Both the position numbers and the translations under genes were made by a program. A DNA stretch of 62,621 bases, filler included, from Anaerolineae bacterium (lineage in GTDB: Bacteria; Chloroflexota; Anaerolineae; Epilineales; Epilineaceae): NCBI GenBank assembly GCA_029262755.1. It is 6 parts of 6 records of this genome, joined end to end, with 100 filler letters (N's around TTAATTAATTAA, not from the genome) between each part and the next. Parts side by side here need not be neighbours in the genome. Positions count along the whole stretch, not along the records: positions 59,826 to 62,621 come from JAJCYU010000273.1; 5 more parts are not named here. The stretch is one strand, 5' to 3'. Of this stretch, positions 59,726-62,621 are shown one piece after another. The notes under the pieces were generated by a model. The model had not been told where the DNA came from. It searched no databases and was given only the letters and a program-made list of their open reading frames with translations. Within the stretch, counting starts at the first letter, position 1, and each line of letters opens with the position of its first letter.

Positions 59726-59825
59726 NNNNNNNNNNNNNNNNNNNNNNNNNNNNNNNNNNNNNNNNNNNNTTAATTAATTAANNNNNNNNNNNNNNNNNNN
59801 NNNNNNNNNNNNNNNNNNNNNNNNN
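59726..59825. other. Artificial contig linker
   Basis: N run with TTAATTAATTAA. Confidence 0.99.
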
Positions 59826-62162
59826 GATCGCCCCAGCCCCGATCATGCCAACTCCGATTTCATACTGCTGATTTCGGCGCATCTCGAGTCGGGGCATTAC
59901 TTCAACCCGCATGCCCAGCGCATCATCGAAGGCATGCACGACGGCGCGCGCCTGATCGTGCTCGACAGCCGGCTGTCCAACACGGCCTCGCGTGCCCACT
60001 ACTGGCTCTCGCCCTGGCCGGGCTCCGAGGCGGCCATGCTGCTGGCCATCGCCCGGCACCTGATCGTGACGGAGCGCTACGACAAGGAGTTTGTGCGCCG
60101 CTGGGTGAACTGGGAGGCGTGGTTGGGACATGCGCATCCGGACCAGCCGGCAACCTTCGAGAACTTCGAACGGCTAATGGCCGAGACCTACGAGGAGTAC
60201 ACCTTCGAGTTCGCGGCCGCGGAAAGCGGTGTCGACGCGGCGGACATCGAGCGCATCGCCGAAGAGGTCGCGCGCTGCGAGGGCAAGCTCGCGACGCACA
60301 CCTGGCGTAGCGCCACCGCGGGCAACCTCGGCGGCTGGCAGGTGGCGCGCTGCCTGTTCTTCCTGAACGTCCTGACCGGATCGGTCGGCACGCCGGGCGG
60401 CACGTCGATGAACACCTGGGACAAGTGGGTGCCGCGGCCGCATCACCTCGGCGGCCATCCGGAGCAGTGGAACGAGCTTTCGTGGCCGCGCGAGTATCCG
60501 CTGGCCATGTACGAGATGAGCTTCCTCCTGCCGCACCTGATCGACGAGGGGCGCGGGACGCTCGATACCTACTTCAGCCGCGTCTACAACCCGGTGTGGA
60601 CCAACCCCGACGGCGCGATGTGGATGGAGATGCTGCGCGACGAGGCGCGCGTCGGCATGCACGCCTGCATGACGCCCACCTGGAGCGAGACAGCCTGGTT
60701 CGCCGACTTCGTGCTACCCATGGGGCTTGGACCGGAGCGCCACGACATCGTGAGCATGGAGACACACGCCGGCTGCTGGCTCGCCTATCGCCAGCCCGTG
60801 CGCCGGGTGGCGATGGAGCGCATGGGGCAGCAGGTCGACTGGACCTGGCAAGCCAACCCGGGCGAGGTCTGGGAGGAGACGGAGTTCTGGATCGAGCTCT
60901 CCTGGCGCATTGATCCGGACGGGTCGATGGGTATCCGCAAGTCCTTCGAGTCGCCCTATCGTCCCGGCGAGAAGATCAACGTCCGCGAGTACTTCCGCTG
61001 GATGTTCGAAAACACCGTGCCCGGGCTGCCCGAAGCCGCGGCCGCGGAGGGGATCAGCCCCTACGAGTACATGAGCCGCTACGGCGCCTTCGAGCTGCGC
61101 AGCGGCGCCAAGACGACCTACAACGAAGAGGTGGAGCCCGCGCAGCTCTCGGGCGCCTCGATCGATCCCACGTCGCGGGTGGCCTACACGCGCCAGCCCG
61201 CGCCGGCCAACCCGAACATCACGCCGCACCCGTCCATTCCGGGCGACGAGCGCGGCCGGCCGGTGGGGGTCGAGATCGAGGGCAGGGTGCGACGCGGTTT
61301 CGACACGCCGTCGCGCAAGTTGGAGTTCTGGTCGCAGACCTTGGAGCAATGGGGCTGGCCGGAGCTCAGCCTACCCGGCTACATCCGCAGCCACGTCCAT
61401 CCCGATCACGTCGATCGCGACGCAGGCGAGCGCGTGCTGATCAGCACCTTCCGCCTTCCCACCCTCATCCACACCCGCTCCGGCAACGCGAAGTGGCTCT
61501 ACGAGATCAGCCACCGCAACCCGCTGTGGCTGCACCCGGAGGACGCGCGCGGGCTGAACGTCGACACGGACGATCTGGTGCGGGTCACGACCGATATCGG
61601 GCATTTCGTCACGCGCTGCTGGGTGACCGAGGGCATCCGGCCCGGCGTCATCGCTTGTTCCCACCATATGGGCCGCTGGCGGCTCCAGGACGATGGCGGC
61701 TCGAAGATGAGCAGCTCGCTTGTCGATCTGGATCAGGACGGCAGCGAATGGACGATGCGCGTACAGCGCGGCGCCGGCGCCTTCGAGAGCTCGGATCCCG
61801 ACACCTCGCGCATCTGGTGGACGGATGTCGGCGTGCACCAGAACATGACCTTTGCCGTGCATCCGGACCCCGTGAGCGGCATGCATTGCTGGCACCAGAA
61901 GGTGGTGGTCACGCGCGCCGAGGCCGGCGATCGCCATGGTGACGTCTTTGCCGACACGGCCAAGAGCCGTGCCCACTACCAGTCCTGGCTTGCCATGACG
62001 CGCGGCGCGGACGAAGTTTCACCCGACGGATTGCGCCGACCCCACTGGTTGCTGCGGCCCTTCCGGCCGACGAAGGAAGCGTACCGGTTGCCGGACCCGA
62101 AGTTCCAGCCGGGCGACGCGACCGATTCGACGTCTGCCACGGCGTCCGCGGCAGACGACTGA
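59826..62162 (+). CDS. Molybdopterin-dependent oxidoreductase catalytic subunit (DMSO reductase superfamily), 5' partial
   Basis: Frame open from the gap (DRPSPDHAN...GHYFNPHAQRI); LDSRLSNTAS, SETAWFADFVLP, FDTPSRKLEF, LWLHPEDA...VTEGIRPGV. Confidence 0.92.
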   Translation, partial: DRPSPDHANSDFILLISAHLESGHYFNPHAQRIIEGMHDGARLIVLDSRLSNTASRAHYWLSPWPGSEAAMLLAIARHLIVTERYDKEFVRRWVNWEAWLGHAHPDQPATFENFERLMAETYEEYTFEFAAAESGVDAADIERIAEEVARCEGKLATHTWRSATAGNLGGWQVARCLFFLNVLTGSVGTPGGTSMNTWDKWVPRPHHLGGHPEQWNELSWPREYPLAMYEMSFLLPHLIDEGRGTLDTYFSRVYNPVWTNPDGAMWMEMLRDEARVGMHACMTPTWSETAWFADFVLPMGLGPERHDIVSMETHAGCWLAYRQPVRRVAMERMGQQVDWTWQANPGEVWEETEFWIELSWRIDPDGSMGIRKSFESPYRPGEKINVREYFRWMFENTVPGLPEAAAAEGISPYEYMSRYGAFELRSGAKTTYNEEVEPAQLSGASIDPTSRVAYTRQPAPANPNITPHPSIPGDERGRPVGVEIEGRVRRGFDTPSRKLEFWSQTLEQWGWPELSLPGYIRSHVHPDHVDRDAGERVLISTFRLPTLIHTRSGNAKWLYEISHRNPLWLHPEDARGLNVDTDDLVRVTTDIGHFVTRCWVTEGIRPGVIACSHHMGRWRLQDDGGSKMSSSLVDLDQDGSEWTMRVQRGAGAFESSDPDTSRIWWTDVGVHQNMTFAVHPDPVSGMHCWHQKVVVTRAEAGDRHGDVFADTAKSRAHYQSWLAMTRGADEVSPDGLRRPHWLLRPFRPTKEAYRLPDPKFQPGDATDSTSATASAADD

Positions 62163-62241
62163 ACACGCACGTGGACGTTGACACGGATAAGGCTGGACCG
62201 GTGGAAGCCGTCGCCGACGTCACCGAGAAGGCGCGAGGGGC

Positions 62242-62621
62242 ATGAGCACCGGCTGGACGAGCGCATTGCGCGTCGCGGCGGGGCTCTGGCTGCACGAGGT
62301 GCGCCCGGACGACCTGACCCGGCTGCGCCAAGCACCGCGCCTCGGCGACGCCCTCGCGCTCTCGCTGGACGCGTTCGGGGGCGACGTCGATCGCCTCGCC
62401 GCGGAACATCAGCGGCTGCTCGGCTTCGCGGTGCCGCCCTTCGAGAGCGTCTTCGTAGACCCGTCCGCGATGATGATGGCGCCCGCCACCGCACGGGTGG
62501 CCGCGCTCTATCGGGAAGCAGGATGGACCGAACCCACCGACACGCGCGCCGCCGCGCCCGATCATCTCGGCGTCGAACTGCTGGCCCTCGCGGAATTCGT
62601 TGAGGCGGGCAAGGACGAACT
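62242..62621 (+). CDS. TorD/DmsD-family molybdoenzyme chaperone, 3' partial
   Basis: Not in the ORF track. Manual translation MSTGWTSALRVAAGLWLHE... contains VPPFESVF and APDHLGVEL. Confidence 0.88.
   Translation, partial: MSTGWTSALRVAAGLWLHEVRPDDLTRLRQAPRLGDALALSLDAFGGDVDRLAAEHQRLLGFAVPPFESVFVDPSAMMMAPATARVAALYREAGWTEPTDTRAAAPDHLGVELLALAEFVEAGKDE

Overview
High-GC bacterial sequence. It is not one continuous locus: six assembly contigs (1-2582, 2683-10770, 10871-27272, 27373-43093, 43194-59725, 59826-62621) are joined by artificial 100-nt N44-TTAATTAATTAA-N44 linkers, so adjacency across a linker means nothing. Gene style (Pro/Thr-linked secreted proteins with YLP-type peptides, LLLDGLNE-type NACHT, many STAND regulators) suggests a Chloroflexota genome; this is inference only. 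Housekeeping content: partial metH, mce, pntAa/pntAb/pntB, gdhA, a receiver/PPDK-N protein, PduO-type adenosyltransferase, rhomboid, class A PBP, corA, and a partial molybdopterin oxidoreductase with a TorD/DmsD chaperone. Accessory content: four STAND NTPase genes or fragments, many secreted surface proteins, two toxin-antitoxin pairs and an HNH nuclease. Strongest candidates for something undescribed: (1) contig 4, where a TIR + class III cyclase + NB-ARC-TPR protein and a divergent NACHT protein share a ~160-aa domain ending in a sigma4-like HTH and bracket a collagen fibre gene, with a giant propeller/PA/clan-CD-peptidase-like gene directly downstream; (2) a short [VLI][YFW]LP peptide in six unrelated secreted proteins at N-terminal, internal and C-terminal positions, suggesting a position-independent envelope docking tag. 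No rRNA, tRNA, CRISPR array or transposase could be supported.
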